DNA of 44,494 nt from a bacterium (GTDB lineage: Bacteria > Actinomycetota > Coriobacteriia > Coriobacteriales > Atopobiaceae), in assembly GCA_963591565.1 (NCBI GenBank), contig CAVAUD010000002.1, positions 1 to 44,494 of the forward strand, read 5' to 3'. The translations under genes and the position numbers were made by a program. The stretch's first letter is position 1, and the number at the start of each line of letters is the position of its first letter. Positions 27,116 to 36,054 of the stretch are shown here, piece after piece. The notes beneath the pieces are model-generated. The model was not told where the DNA came from, made no database searches, and saw only the letters and a program-made list of their open reading frames with translations.

Positions 27116-27984
27116 TATTTGCCCACCTGACCATAGAAGACGCGCGAGACCGAGCCATAGAAGCTCTCGGCGCTGTGGTCAAGGAGAAGCACGTCGCCCT
27201 CGCCGCGGCGCACGCGGGCGGCCACGGCCCACGAGGCGTCCATGTCGCCGATAGGCTGACCGTCTGCAAAGAAATGCCTGATGGCGGGCCTTTCCTGGCT
27301 CATCTCAATCTCAACCACGTCAGAGGGGGAAGTCAAGAACGCGCGCGCCATGATGGTATGGGGCGCGACCGGCACGCACACCATGCCCGTGAACTCCGGG
27401 CACACGATGGGGCCGCCGGCCGCCAGCGCATAGCCCGTCGAGCCCGTGGCGGTCGAGACGATAAACCCGTCGCCCCGCAGCTTGTCGATGTGGTTGCCCG
27501 AGACGCTCACGTCGAACTCCACGACGTCGCCGCGGCCTCCGCGCGAGACCGCGAAGTCGTTAAGGGCGAAGCTTCTTTGCAAGAACGTCGAGCCGTCCGC
27601 CCGCATGAACTCGGACTCGATGTCCAGCGTGGCGCGGTGGCTCACGTGAAGCTCGCCCGCAAGCGCGCTCGCGACCGTCTCGATCAGCTGATCGGGCCCC
27701 GCGCTCGTCAAAAAGCCCAGGTGACCGTAGGAGATGCCCAGGATCGGCACGCCCGTGTAGCCCACGATGCGCGCAGCACGCAGCAAGGTGCCGTCGCCTC
27801 CCAAAGAGACGACCAGCTCGCAATCGGAGGCATCGGCGTGGCGGTTGGGAAAAACCTTCTTATCGTGGGCCCATTTGGTCTCAACGCCCTGGTCATCGAG
27901 CCAAGACTCAAGCTGCCGCGCGCTGTCGAGCGCGTCCGGCCGGGAATAGTTGGGAACGATGAGAACCTTCACGGGAACCCCCAT
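27115..27984 (-). CDS. nadK: NAD(+) kinase
   Basis: LGGDGTLL, GHLGFL, ALND, DGFIVSTATGSTGYALAAGGP. Confidence 0.95.
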   Translation of the reverse strand: MGVPVKVLIVPNYSRPDALDSARQLESWLDDQGVETKWAHDKKVFPNRHADASDCELVVSLGGDGTLLRAARIVGYTGVPILGISYGHLGFLTSAGPDQLIETVASALAGELHVSHRATLDIESEFMRADGSTFLQRSFALNDFAVSRGGRGDVVEFDVSVSGNHIDKLRGDGFIVSTATGSTGYALAAGGPIVCPEFTGMVCVPVAPHTIMARAFLTSPSDVVEIEMSQERPAIRHFFADGQPIGDMDASWAVAARVRRGEGDVLLLDHSAESFYGSVSRVFYGQVGK

Positions 27985-27988
27985 TCAT

Positions 27989-28002
27989 AGAACATCCGTA
28001 CG
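27989..28002. promoter_or_regulatory. LexA/SOS box-like operator upstream of nadK-recN
   Basis: AGAAC-ATCC-GTACG versus the Gram-positive consensus CGAAC-N4-GTTCG; sits between a TAGAAT -10 (28006-28011) and the start codon. Confidence 0.65.
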
Positions 28003-28042
28003 GGTATTCTATCACCTGAGAAGGTCCCGCGCCACAACAACT

Positions 28043-28789
28043 CTATCCGCGGCCCGCATTTCTTTTACCGTACAAGAGATACTCGACGTTGCCCTTGTGG
28101 CCCTTGATCGGGCTCTCGCAAAAGCCCTGGACAACCAGGCCGCGTTCCTCAAAGGCCTCGCGCACGCGCTCCACGCAGGCGAGACGGACGGCCTCGTCGC
28201 ACACGATGCCGCCCTCCCCCACGTCCTCGCGGGCGGCCTCGAACTGAGGCTTCACAAGGGTCAAGAAGGCCCCGTCCTTGCGCAGCAGCTCGCAGACGGC
28301 CGGCAGCACCGTCAACACCGAGGTGAACGAAACGTCGCAAACGGCCAGGTCAAAGATACCGCAGCCGAGAAGCCCAGGAACGTCGACGATATTCGTGCGC
28401 TCAAGCAGCCGCACGCGCTCGTCCTGGCGCAGCGACCAGTCGAACTGCGCGTAGCCCACGTCGACGGCGGTCACGTGCGCCGCGCCGTGGCTCAACAGGC
28501 AATCCGTGAAGCCGCCCGTCGAGCAGCCCACGTCCAGGCAGTCAAGCCCGCCCGCGTCGACGCCAAACTCCTCAAGGCCGCGCTCGAGCTTAACGCCCCC
28601 GCGGCTCACATACGACGGCCGACCCTTGACGTGCAGGTAGATGCCGCAGGCGACCTTCTCGCCAGCAGACGTCAGGCGGCGCTCAGAAGTAGAGACCTCG
28701 CCCGCCATGACGGCGCGCAAGGCCTCATCTTTAGTGGTGAAAAATCCCTGCTCGACGAGCTCCTCGTCCAAGCGGCGACGCTTAGCCAC
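28043..28789 (-). CDS. tlyA: TlyA family rRNA 2'-O-methyltransferase
   Basis: S4 domain RRLD, YVSRGGVKL, DVGCSTGGFTD, DVSFTS, VKPQFE, GNVEYL. Confidence 0.95.
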   Translation of the reverse strand: MAKRRRLDEELVEQGFFTTKDEALRAVMAGEVSTSERRLTSAGEKVACGIYLHVKGRPSYVSRGGVKLERGLEEFGVDAGGLDCLDVGCSTGGFTDCLLSHGAAHVTAVDVGYAQFDWSLRQDERVRLLERTNIVDVPGLLGCGIFDLAVCDVSFTSVLTVLPAVCELLRKDGAFLTLVKPQFEAAREDVGEGGIVCDEAVRLACVERVREAFEERGLVVQGFCESPIKGHKGNVEYLLYGKRNAGRG

Positions 28790-28794
28790 CGGCC

Positions 28795-29133
28795 CTACTC
28801 CTCGGGCTCGGAAGCGTCGGCGGCAGGCTCCTCGGCCGCGCCCTCGGCGCCGTCAGAAGCGTCGGCACCCTCGGCCGCGCCCGCCTCGGCCTCGTCGACC
28901 TGGGCGCCCTTCTCCGCCTGCTTCTGCTCCTCGAGCTTAGCCTCCTCCTCGGGCGAGAAGTCCGTGGCGTCGACCATGTCGACGGCCTTCGAGCCCAAGG
29001 CGATGGCCTCGTCGAAGAGGTCCAGGGACTTCTCCAAAGAGACGTCCTTGTCGCGCACGGCCATCACGATGTCGTCAAGGCGCGTCGTGATATCCGAGAA
29101 GGTCTGGTACTTGGAGGTGTCGACGCGGGCCAT
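28795..29133 (-). CDS. xseB: Exodeoxyribonuclease VII small subunit, with acidic tail
   Basis: TFSDITTRLDDIV....DVSLEKSLDLFDEAIAL pattern; nusB-xseB-tlyA synteny. Confidence 0.8.
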   Translation of the reverse strand: MARVDTSKYQTFSDITTRLDDIVMAVRDKDVSLEKSLDLFDEAIALGSKAVDMVDATDFSPEEEAKLEEQKQAEKGAQVDEAEAGAAEGADASDGAEGAAEEPAADASEPEE

Positions 29134-29762
29134 TACCAGCGGCCCTCGTCGTATTCGTCGTTGGCGCCGGGGCCCTCGACGTGGTAGACGCCGCCGCTCA
29201 TCTCGTCCTCGCGGTCGCTGCCGAAGGGCTCGTGCTCGACCTCGGGCTCCTCGTAGACGTCGAAGCGGGCATCGAAGGCGTACTCGAGGTCCTCGATCGT
29301 CTCGCCGCGCTCGGCCAGGGCGTCGTAGGCCTTGGCGACCACGTCGACGCCGGCCTCGACGTCGTCGGCCACGCGACCCAGGATGCCGTTGATGTAGGCA
29401 GAGGACTCGGCGGTGCCGTAGGCCTTGGCCAGCTCGACCGACTCGTTGATGGTGACGGGGATGTCGACCTCCTCGACCTGCAGCATCTCGTAGAGAGCAA
29501 GGCGCAAAAGGTTGCGGTCGACGGAGGGAAGCCTAAAGAGGCTCCAGGTCAGCGAGCGGGTCGCGATGATGGCGTCCATGTCGTAGCGGCGCTGGTCGCA
29601 GCCCAGCGCAAGCTCGCGGCCAAAGTCGTCGAGAGGACCGCGGTCCACGACAAAGTCGCCGGCGAGGACCTCCTCGACGGTGCGACCGTTGGCCTCGGCC
29701 TGGAACAGCAGCTGAAGTGCCTGGCTGCGGGCAAGGGTGCGCCCGCCAAACTTATTGCTCAA
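29133..29762 (-). CDS. nusB: Transcription antitermination factor NusB
   Basis: RTLARSQALQLLFQ, WSLFRLPSVDRNLLRLALYE, INESVELAKAYG..SSAYINGILG; about 70-aa acidic C-extension. Confidence 0.93.
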   Translation of the reverse strand: MSNKFGGRTLARSQALQLLFQAEANGRTVEEVLAGDFVVDRGPLDDFGRELALGCDQRRYDMDAIIATRSLTWSLFRLPSVDRNLLRLALYEMLQVEEVDIPVTINESVELAKAYGTAESSAYINGILGRVADDVEAGVDVVAKAYDALAERGETIEDLEYAFDARFDVYEEPEVEHEPFGSDREDEMSGGVYHVEGPGANDEYDEGRW

Positions 29763-29767
29763 GAGCT

Positions 29768-30130
29768 CTACTCCTTGGGGAAAACGAGGCTGTCGATGCA
29801 GACGTCAACGGCCGCCACGTCGACGCCGATCTGCTCGGAGATGGCCTCGGCGACGGCCTCGCGCACGTCGGCGGCGAGCTTGGTGAAGGGGTAGCCGTAG
29901 AAGACGGCCAGGTGAATCACCACGTGCAGGGCGTCGTTGTCCACGCTGGACTCGACGGCGGCGTCGGGAGAGACGCTCCTGCTGGTGAAGACGGAGATGA
30001 GGCTCGACGCGATGTCGTTGCCGCCGACGGAGGCGACGCCGTCGACCTTTTTAGCGGCGAGAGAGACGATCGTCGAGACGACGCCCTTGGAAATACCGAT
30101 GCCGGAGACGAACAGCTCAGTTTCGGCCAT
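29768..30130 (-). CDS. Asp23/Gls24 (YqhY-like) family protein
   Basis: ISKGVVSTIVSLAAKKVDGV...VFYGYP...VDVCI; efp-asp23-nusB synteny; ATG 30130 after AAGGAGG. Confidence 0.88.
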   Translation of the reverse strand: MAETELFVSGIGISKGVVSTIVSLAAKKVDGVASVGGNDIASSLISVFTSRSVSPDAAVESSVDNDALHVVIHLAVFYGYPFTKLAADVREAVAEAISEQIGVDVAAVDVCIDSLVFPKE

Positions 30131-30255
30131 GAGATCCTCCTTTGGCTGGGGTGTGCCCCAAGCAACGAACACAGACGTGAAGCTACATCAAAAGTTAAAG
30201 CGCCCGGCCACGGCCAGCCACAGCCTCGCGCGGCCGGACGCCCAATAAGCCGCAG

Positions 30256-30822
30256 TTAGATGCGGGAGACGAACTTGCCCTCGCGGGTGTCGACCTTGAT
30301 GGTCTCGCCCTCGTTGAGGTAGAGAGGCACCTGGATGGTGGCGCCGGTCTCGATGACGGCGGGCTTGGTGCCGCCCTGGACGGTGTCGCCCTTGAAGCCC
30401 GGGTCGGTCTCGGTGATGGTGACCTCGATGAACATCGGGGGCTGGACGGTGAGCAGGTCCTCGTCGGCGTACATCAGGAAGCAGGTGTCGTTCTCCTTGA
30501 ACCACTTGGCGTTGTCGCCGATGAACTCGGCGGGAACGGGGATCTGGTCGTAGGTCTCCATGTCCATGAAGTAGTAGTTGTCACCGTCGTTGTAGAGATA
30601 CTGCATCTCCTTGGTGGTGAGCATGACGGAGTCGAACTTGCTGCCGGCGTTGCAGGTCTGGTCGCCGATCACGCGGCCGGAGCGCAGGTCCTTGATCTTG
30701 TAGCGGACAAAAGCACCGCCCTTACCCGGCTTGACGTGCTGGAACTCGACCAGGGTGTAAATCTTGTCCTTGATCTTCAGGCCCATGCCGTTCTTGAACT
30801 CGGCGGTGGTGATCTGCTGCAT
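30256..30822 (-). CDS. efp: Elongation factor P
   Basis: FQHVKPGKGGAFVR, MQYLY, PGFKGDT, KPAVIETG, KVDTR. Confidence 0.97.
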   Translation of the reverse strand: MQQITTAEFKNGMGLKIKDKIYTLVEFQHVKPGKGGAFVRYKIKDLRSGRVIGDQTCNAGSKFDSVMLTTKEMQYLYNDGDNYYFMDMETYDQIPVPAEFIGDNAKWFKENDTCFLMYADEDLLTVQPPMFIEVTITETDPGFKGDTVQGGTKPAVIETGATIQVPLYLNEGETIKVDTREGKFVSRI

Positions 30823-30902
30823 CTAACAACTCGCTTTCTAAGACACTCCCCAAAGCGGGGACCCAATGCAAAACAACTTATAGAGTATACACCGAGAAGG
30901 GC

Positions 30903-32027
30903 TTAACAGTCGATGCACACCAGGTCATGGGTGGACTCTGTGAAGGGCACGTAGCCGTCGGCGGTCATGAGGCCAAAGTCCTCGAGGCGCACGCCGAAGT
31001 TTCCGGGCAGGTAGATACCCGGCTCGATGGTCACGACCGAGCCCTCGGGCACCGGGCGCTGCCAGCTGCGGCCGAAGTTCGGGTTCTCGTGGATCTCGAC
31101 GCCCACGCCGTGGCCCAGGCCGTGCTTGAAGTAGTCGCCGTAGCCGGCGTCGCTGATGACCTTGACGGCCAGGTTGTGGATGTCGGCGCCGATGCAGCCG
31201 GGCTTGGCCGCGGCGGCGCAGGCCTCGTGGGCCTCGCGCACGATGTCGTAGACGCGGCGCTGCTCCTCGCTCGGCTCGCCGACGCAGACGGTGCGGGTCA
31301 TGTCGGAGTGGTAGTCGTGGTAGCCCGCGCCGTAGTCCATGACGATCATGTCGCCCTTCTTGACCACGTACTCGCCGGGCTGCGCATGCGGGTTCGCGCC
31401 GTTGGGGCCGGCCGCGATGATGGAGCCGAAGGAGAGCGCGTCGGCACCGTTATTGAACATGAAGTTCTCGAGCTCGACGCGAATCTGCTGCTCGGTGAGG
31501 CCCGGCTTGATGAAGCCGCAGATGTGGGTGAAGGCGGCGTCGGTGATGGTCTGAGCATGGCGCATGAGCTCGATCTCCTCGGCGTCCTTGACCATGCGCA
31601 GGTCGCAGATGTCGCCGTGCAGGCGAGGCGTCAGGCACGCGATGGACGCGGCGCCGCACTCCTGCAGGAAGCTGTCGTAGAAGGCCAGGTCGCAGGTGTC
31701 CTCGACGGCAACGACGCGGGCGCGGGCCTGCTTGGCCATAGAGGCCGCCCAAAAACCGGGGCGCACGATCTGCTCGTCGATGACCCAGGGGGTGTCTGCG
31801 CCCAGGCGCTCACGGAAGGTGTTGGCGTAGCGCGAGTCGGTGTGGAGCCACTGGCCGTCGGCCGTGATGAAGGCGGTGTGGGCCACCTCGTCGTCAAAGA
31901 CGCGCTCGGCGCCGGTCAGCCAGCGAAGGTCAGGGTTGTTGCGCAGGATAACGGCATCGTAGCCGCGCTCGTCCATGAGCTCGCGCAGGCGCTCGACGCG
32001 CCCGGCGCATGCCTTAGCATCTGCCAT
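30903..32027 (-). CDS. Xaa-Pro aminopeptidase/prolidase (M24B, PepP/PepQ-like)
   Basis: Creatinase-like N-domain (TDSRY); metal ligands in MDYG, SDMTRT, HGLGHGVG..HE, TIEPG, RLED. Confidence 0.93.
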   Translation of the reverse strand: MADAKACAGRVERLRELMDERGYDAVILRNNPDLRWLTGAERVFDDEVAHTAFITADGQWLHTDSRYANTFRERLGADTPWVIDEQIVRPGFWAASMAKQARARVVAVEDTCDLAFYDSFLQECGAASIACLTPRLHGDICDLRMVKDAEEIELMRHAQTITDAAFTHICGFIKPGLTEQQIRVELENFMFNNGADALSFGSIIAAGPNGANPHAQPGEYVVKKGDMIVMDYGAGYHDYHSDMTRTVCVGEPSEEQRRVYDIVREAHEACAAAAKPGCIGADIHNLAVKVISDAGYGDYFKHGLGHGVGVEIHENPNFGRSWQRPVPEGSVVTIEPGIYLPGNFGVRLEDFGLMTADGYVPFTESTHDLVCIDC

Positions 32028-32073
32028 ATCAAACTCTTTTCTCGTTTAGAGAGCCAATATACCCATCAAAGAA

Positions 32074-32111
32074 CTTCTCGCCAGGCACTTGTTGAGTGCG
32101 CCGGCGAGAAG
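32074..32111. repeat. Inverted pair of the GGCGAGAAG motif between the aroB-like and peptidase genes
   Basis: CTTCTCGCC (32074-32082), 20-nt partly self-complementary spacer (GCACT..AGTGC), GGCGAGAAG (32103-32111). Confidence 0.88.
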
Positions 32112-32141
32112 GTCGTCGTTCAGGTTGTCATTCTAGCCGCT

Positions 32142-33368
32142 TTAGGCCTGGGGCGCATGCACTTCACACCATGCCCCCACATGCTCGCGCAAGAGGTCGT
32201 CGTCGACGGCGGCCAGGCGCACGCGGCCCAGGGCGCGCGGCAGGGGCAGCATCAGGCGGTTCGTGCGCTTGAAGCACTCGGCCTTGATGGCGTCGATGAG
32301 CTCGGCGGCGTCCACCTGGGCCTCGACGTATCCCAGGCCAAACTTGTCGAGAAGCTCGTCCTGGGTGAACATGTCGTCGACCGAGAGGTCCTCGAGGCCC
32401 ACCGAGAGACGGGCGGAGAAGCGCAGGGACTCGGCGAGGATCGCGGAGGCGGGCACGTCCGCAGGCACCAGGCCGCGAAGGGCGCTGGCGAAGACCTGGC
32501 CGTAGGCGATGGACTGGCGAATGGCCAAAGACGACGAGGCCACGACCTTGCCGCGGCTCTTGATCGTCTCGCTGAGCTGCTCGGCCAGGGCGTTGGCGTC
32601 GCCGGACACGATGTCGTCGGCGCGGTCCCAGAGCTTGCTCACGGCCTTCTCGCAGTCGGACATCGCCGTGGCGACCATGAAGGCATAGGCGAGAAGGGCG
32701 TCCTCGTCGTTGGCGTCGCGGCACAAGACGTCCAGGTCGCAGATCTCGAAGCGCGTCTGGGCGTCGAGGCCGACCATCGCCTCGTGGCCGGCGACGGAGA
32801 GGGCCCGCGGCGTCGCGCCCGCGACCACGGCGGCCGTGAGGCTAAGGGGCACCTCGACCAGGGGCACGCCGGCGCACCACGTGGGGCACACGAAGGCCAT
32901 GACCGAGAGCGAGTCGACGTCGCCCACGGCAACGACCAGGTCGTCCGCGGTGATGCCGACCTCGGCGAGGGCTGCCTGGACCTTGGCGGCCGCCTCGACC
33001 GAGCGGGCCTTCTCGCCGGCCTCGAGCTCGATCTTGTGGACCAAAAAGCCCTGGTCGGTAAGGCCGCGGCGCAGGGTCTCGATCATCTCGGCGGGGGCAG
33101 CGGGCTCGTGCGCCAGCGCGCAGGCCTTGGGCTTACCGACGACCGAGCGGATGTCGTGGGCCATGTCGGCGAGAAGACCGGCACCCACGCGGGCGTCCAT
33201 CGAGGTGCCGCGCAGGGTCACCCACTGGCGCTGGCGGGTCACCTTGGGGACCTCGGGCTCGGGAGCCGGCTCCGGGGCGACCTCGGGCTTCGCAGGCTCA
33301 ACGGCCTGCGGCTCCACGGGCTTCTCGGCCTCCACGACCTCTACCTGGGCCTCATTGGCCTCGCTCAT
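32142..33368 (-). CDS. aroB: 3-dehydroquinate synthase-like protein with degenerate catalytic motifs
   Basis: Overlaps the aroK stop; AroB-like layout (AGEKARS, DDLVVAVG, GVPLVEVP, LPRALG), but NAD- and Zn-binding residues are replaced; ATG 33368. Confidence 0.7.
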   Translation of the reverse strand: MSEANEAQVEVVEAEKPVEPQAVEPAKPEVAPEPAPEPEVPKVTRQRQWVTLRGTSMDARVGAGLLADMAHDIRSVVGKPKACALAHEPAAPAEMIETLRRGLTDQGFLVHKIELEAGEKARSVEAAAKVQAALAEVGITADDLVVAVGDVDSLSVMAFVCPTWCAGVPLVEVPLSLTAAVVAGATPRALSVAGHEAMVGLDAQTRFEICDLDVLCRDANDEDALLAYAFMVATAMSDCEKAVSKLWDRADDIVSGDANALAEQLSETIKSRGKVVASSSLAIRQSIAYGQVFASALRGLVPADVPASAILAESLRFSARLSVGLEDLSVDDMFTQDELLDKFGLGYVEAQVDAAELIDAIKAECFKRTNRLMLPLPRALGRVRLAAVDDDLLREHVGAWCEVHAPQA

Positions 33369-33913
33369 AAAAGTCCCCTTTCCCAGAGGAGGCGCCCGCA
33401 CTCCTGGGCGACCTGCTCGAACGTTTGGTTTCGAATGTCGATGCGGATGTCCGCGGCCGCCTCGTACAGCGGGCGGCGGTGCCGGTAAAGCTCGGCGGCG
33501 TGCTCGGCGCTGCCCAGGTCGGGGCGGCGCTCGGGGCACCTGATCTGACGCAGCGAGTCCGCCAGGTCGCCGTCCAAGAAGACGACCGTGCCCATCTCGT
33601 GCATGAGCTCGCTGTTGAGCGGGCGCTCGACGATGCCGCCGCCGCAGCTCACCAGCAGGGATTTTCTCTGCGCCAAACGACGAAGCTGAGCGGTTTCCTC
33701 GTCGCGAAAGAACTCCTCGCCGTCGTCCTCAAAGACGCGCGTGACCGATTTGCCCAGCTGGCGCTCAACGAGGCGATCGGTGTCCACGCTGGGGCGATGG
33801 AAGAGATTTCCCAGGTTTCTCGCCAGGGTCGACTTGCCCGCGCCGAGAAACCCCACGAAAAAGATGTGGTCGCAGCCCTCGTGCACGATATATCCCTGGT
33901 CTTGCCCGAACAA
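33365..33913 (-). CDS. aroK: Shikimate kinase
   Basis: GFLGAGKS P-loop, DTD, GEEFFR, SCGGGIV, RP lid, RRPLY; TTG start 33913 after GGGAG inferred. Confidence 0.92.
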   Translation of the reverse strand: MFGQDQGYIVHEGCDHIFFVGFLGAGKSTLARNLGNLFHRPSVDTDRLVERQLGKSVTRVFEDDGEEFFRDEETAQLRRLAQRKSLLVSCGGGIVERPLNSELMHEMGTVVFLDGDLADSLRQIRCPERRPDLGSAEHAAELYRHRRPLYEAAADIRIDIRNQTFEQVAQECGRLLWERGLL

Positions 33914-33976
33914 CACAACTCCCTTGTCTCTTGAATCCGCAAACGATTCTATCAGCGATGCAGACACGTGAGGCAC

Positions 33977-34061
33977 AGTGAAATCTTCCTCTAACCGGAG
34001 CCCAATTTCGCGTTTGCCCAGGATTCGGCGGTTCGCGGTGACGGTTAGAGGAAGTTTCACT
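33977..34061. repeat. 20-bp inverted repeat (1-nt bulge) between yqeG and aroK
   Basis: AGTGAAA-T-CTTCCTCTAACCG / CGGTTAGAGGAAG-TTTCACT around a 44-nt spacer. Confidence 0.8.
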
Positions 34062-34641
34062 CCCCTTCGAACCGATGCCCGTGCAAAAACACCGGCTCGA
34101 ACAGCCTAAAGATCTGCGTGTACCACAGGTCGCGCAGCGACTGCGGCCGCACGAGAATCGTGCGCACCCCGGCGAGGTTTCCAGAAGCGACGTCGGTAAA
34201 GACCTGGTCGCCCACCATGACGGTCTCGTCGGCCGAGATACCCATGCGGCGCATCGCGGCGCGCAGCGCGAACGGCGCCGGCTTCATCGCGTGGTCGATC
34301 GCCCCACAGCCAAGCTCGCTCGCGGTCACGTCGATCTGCTTCGAGTGGAAGTTGTTCGAGATGATAAAGACCTCGATGCCCGCGGCGCGAAGCTCCGCGA
34401 CCCAGCGGGCGGCGCTCGGCTCCAGGCAGCGCGTGCTTCTCGGCACCACCGTGTTGTCGCGGTCGAGAAGGACCAGCTTAATGCCCTGCTCAACTAGCCA
34501 TGCGGGCTCGATCTTGTCGACCGACACGACATAGCGAGAAGCCCCAAAGAGCCCCTGCCGCCAGACGCGCGCGAAGGCGGTCTCGGTCGGCACGGGCGCG
34601 CCGACGGGCTGCGTGCCCCTCTCCTGCACCTTAGCTCGCAT
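34057..34641 (-). CDS. yqeG: YqeG family HAD IIIA phosphatase
   Basis: GIKLVLLDRDNTV, ISNN, AMKP, VGDQVFTDV; start uncertain. Confidence 0.88.
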   Translation of the reverse strand: MRAKVQERGTQPVGAPVPTETAFARVWRQGLFGASRYVVSVDKIEPAWLVEQGIKLVLLDRDNTVVPRSTRCLEPSAARWVAELRAAGIEVFIISNNFHSKQIDVTASELGCGAIDHAMKPAPFALRAAMRRMGISADETVMVGDQVFTDVASGNLAGVRTILVRPQSLRDLWYTQIFRLFEPVFLHGHRFEGE

Positions 34642-36046
34642 CGGCGATGGCCTGCTGGTGCTCTGCGTAGGTCTTGCTGAAGGCATACTGCGTTACCCCG
34701 TCTTTGGTCCAGAAGTAAAAGTAGAAGTACCCGTCGTCGATCATCGTCTGATCAGGCGAGCAGACGGCCTGCAGCGCCGCGAGGCCCGGGTTGCAGATCG
34801 GGGTCGGCGGCAGGCCCTGGTAGGCGTAGGTGCTGTACGGGTCGTTGGCGTCGTGGACCTCGGTGGCCGAGGGGTCGTGGCCAACAGAGTAGGCGGTCGT
34901 GGCGTCGGACTGCAGGTAGCCGTAGTTGGGCTCGCCCATGTTGCCCAGGCGGTTGTAGAAGACGGCCGCGACCTGCGCGCGGGTGTTCGAGTCGGATTCC
35001 TTCTCGACGATGGAGGCCAGGTTGACCAGCTGCCAGACGGAAAGGCCGCGATTCTGCGCGTACGAGAGGTCGAGCGTGGCCAGCTCGGTCTGGAACTGGT
35101 TGAGCATCGTGCGGATCACGGTGTCTGCCGTGACGCCCGTGTCAAAGGTGTAGGTCTTGGGGAAGAGGAACCCCTCGAGCGAGTCGTTCTGCGCGCCCTC
35201 GAGGAAGCTGTAGTCGGCCACGTAGTTGGAGGCCTTGGCCTGGGCGAGAAACTCGTCGTACGAGATGCCCAGGTTGGAGTCCTGGACCTTCGAGGCGATG
35301 CTCTTGACCGTGTAGCCCTCGGGGATCGTCAAGGTCAACCCGTCGCCGTTGGGGCCGGAGACGAGAAGGTCGATGATCTCGGACGTCGAGGCGCCGGTCG
35401 TGAAGCGGTAGGAGCCGCTCTTCAAGGACTGCTCGGCGCTCATGCGGCGCATGGTCGAGAGGAACTCGGACTTGCTGGCGATGACGCCGTTGTCATAGAG
35501 CAGCTGCGCGATCACCGAGGCGCCCGAGCCAGAGGGAATCTGGATCTCGACGGTGTTGCCTGCCTCGATGGTCTGGCTGTCAGAGGAAGACGACCCAAAG
35601 ACCATCGGCACCACGACAACGACCACGACGGAGACGAGAAGAACGGCCGCGACGATGCCGGCGATGATGAAGTTGCGGCGCGAGTTGTCCTGCCTCTTGC
35701 GGCCACGATCGCCACCCGCGCGGCGGGAGGCGCGGCTCGTCGCCTGGGCGGTGTGGCCCGAGAGGCGCGTCGTGGTCACGCCGGCCGCGGCGTTGATGGA
35801 GCCCGTGGAGCCGGCGGCCGGGCGGCCCTGCCTGCTCTGGCCAGCCGAGGCCGCCGGGGTAAAGCCGGTGGCCTGGCGAGAAGTACCCGCGGCCTGGCGA
35901 GAGAAGCCGGCATCGGCACCGCTTGCGGGCTCGGTCGTCTTAAAGCGCGGGGCACGCGCGGCGGAGCGGCCCTCCTGCTGTTGCTGGCCCCCGAAGTGGG
36001 CGCCCGAGCGGCGAGAGGACGGCTGTCCGTAGTCGTTTGGCATCAC
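34631..36046 (-). CDS. mltG: Endolytic transglycosylase MltG (YceG)
   Basis: TM anchor, LTIPEGY, LEGFLFPKTY, LASIVEKE catalytic Glu, VFYNRL, LQSDAT, GLPPTPICNPG. Confidence 0.94.
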   Translation of the reverse strand: MMPNDYGQPSSRRSGAHFGGQQQQEGRSAARAPRFKTTEPASGADAGFSRQAAGTSRQATGFTPAASAGQSRQGRPAAGSTGSINAAAGVTTTRLSGHTAQATSRASRRAGGDRGRKRQDNSRRNFIIAGIVAAVLLVSVVVVVVVPMVFGSSSSDSQTIEAGNTVEIQIPSGSGASVIAQLLYDNGVIASKSEFLSTMRRMSAEQSLKSGSYRFTTGASTSEIIDLLVSGPNGDGLTLTIPEGYTVKSIASKVQDSNLGISYDEFLAQAKASNYVADYSFLEGAQNDSLEGFLFPKTYTFDTGVTADTVIRTMLNQFQTELATLDLSYAQNRGLSVWQLVNLASIVEKESDSNTRAQVAAVFYNRLGNMGEPNYGYLQSDATTAYSVGHDPSATEVHDANDPYSTYAYQGLPPTPICNPGLAALQAVCSPDQTMIDDGYFYFYFWTKDGVTQYAFSKTYAEHQQAIADAS

Positions 36047-36054
36047 AAGCTCTT

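Noticed and set aside
28043..29762. xseB without xseA, and no ispA/dxs between xseB and tlyA
   Set aside because: Ordinary rearrangement or loss in this cluster; cannot be judged from one window
30256..30822. EF-P loop PGKGG rather than the PGKGP of many actinobacteria
   Set aside because: A known loop variant; no modification gene nearby to make it informative
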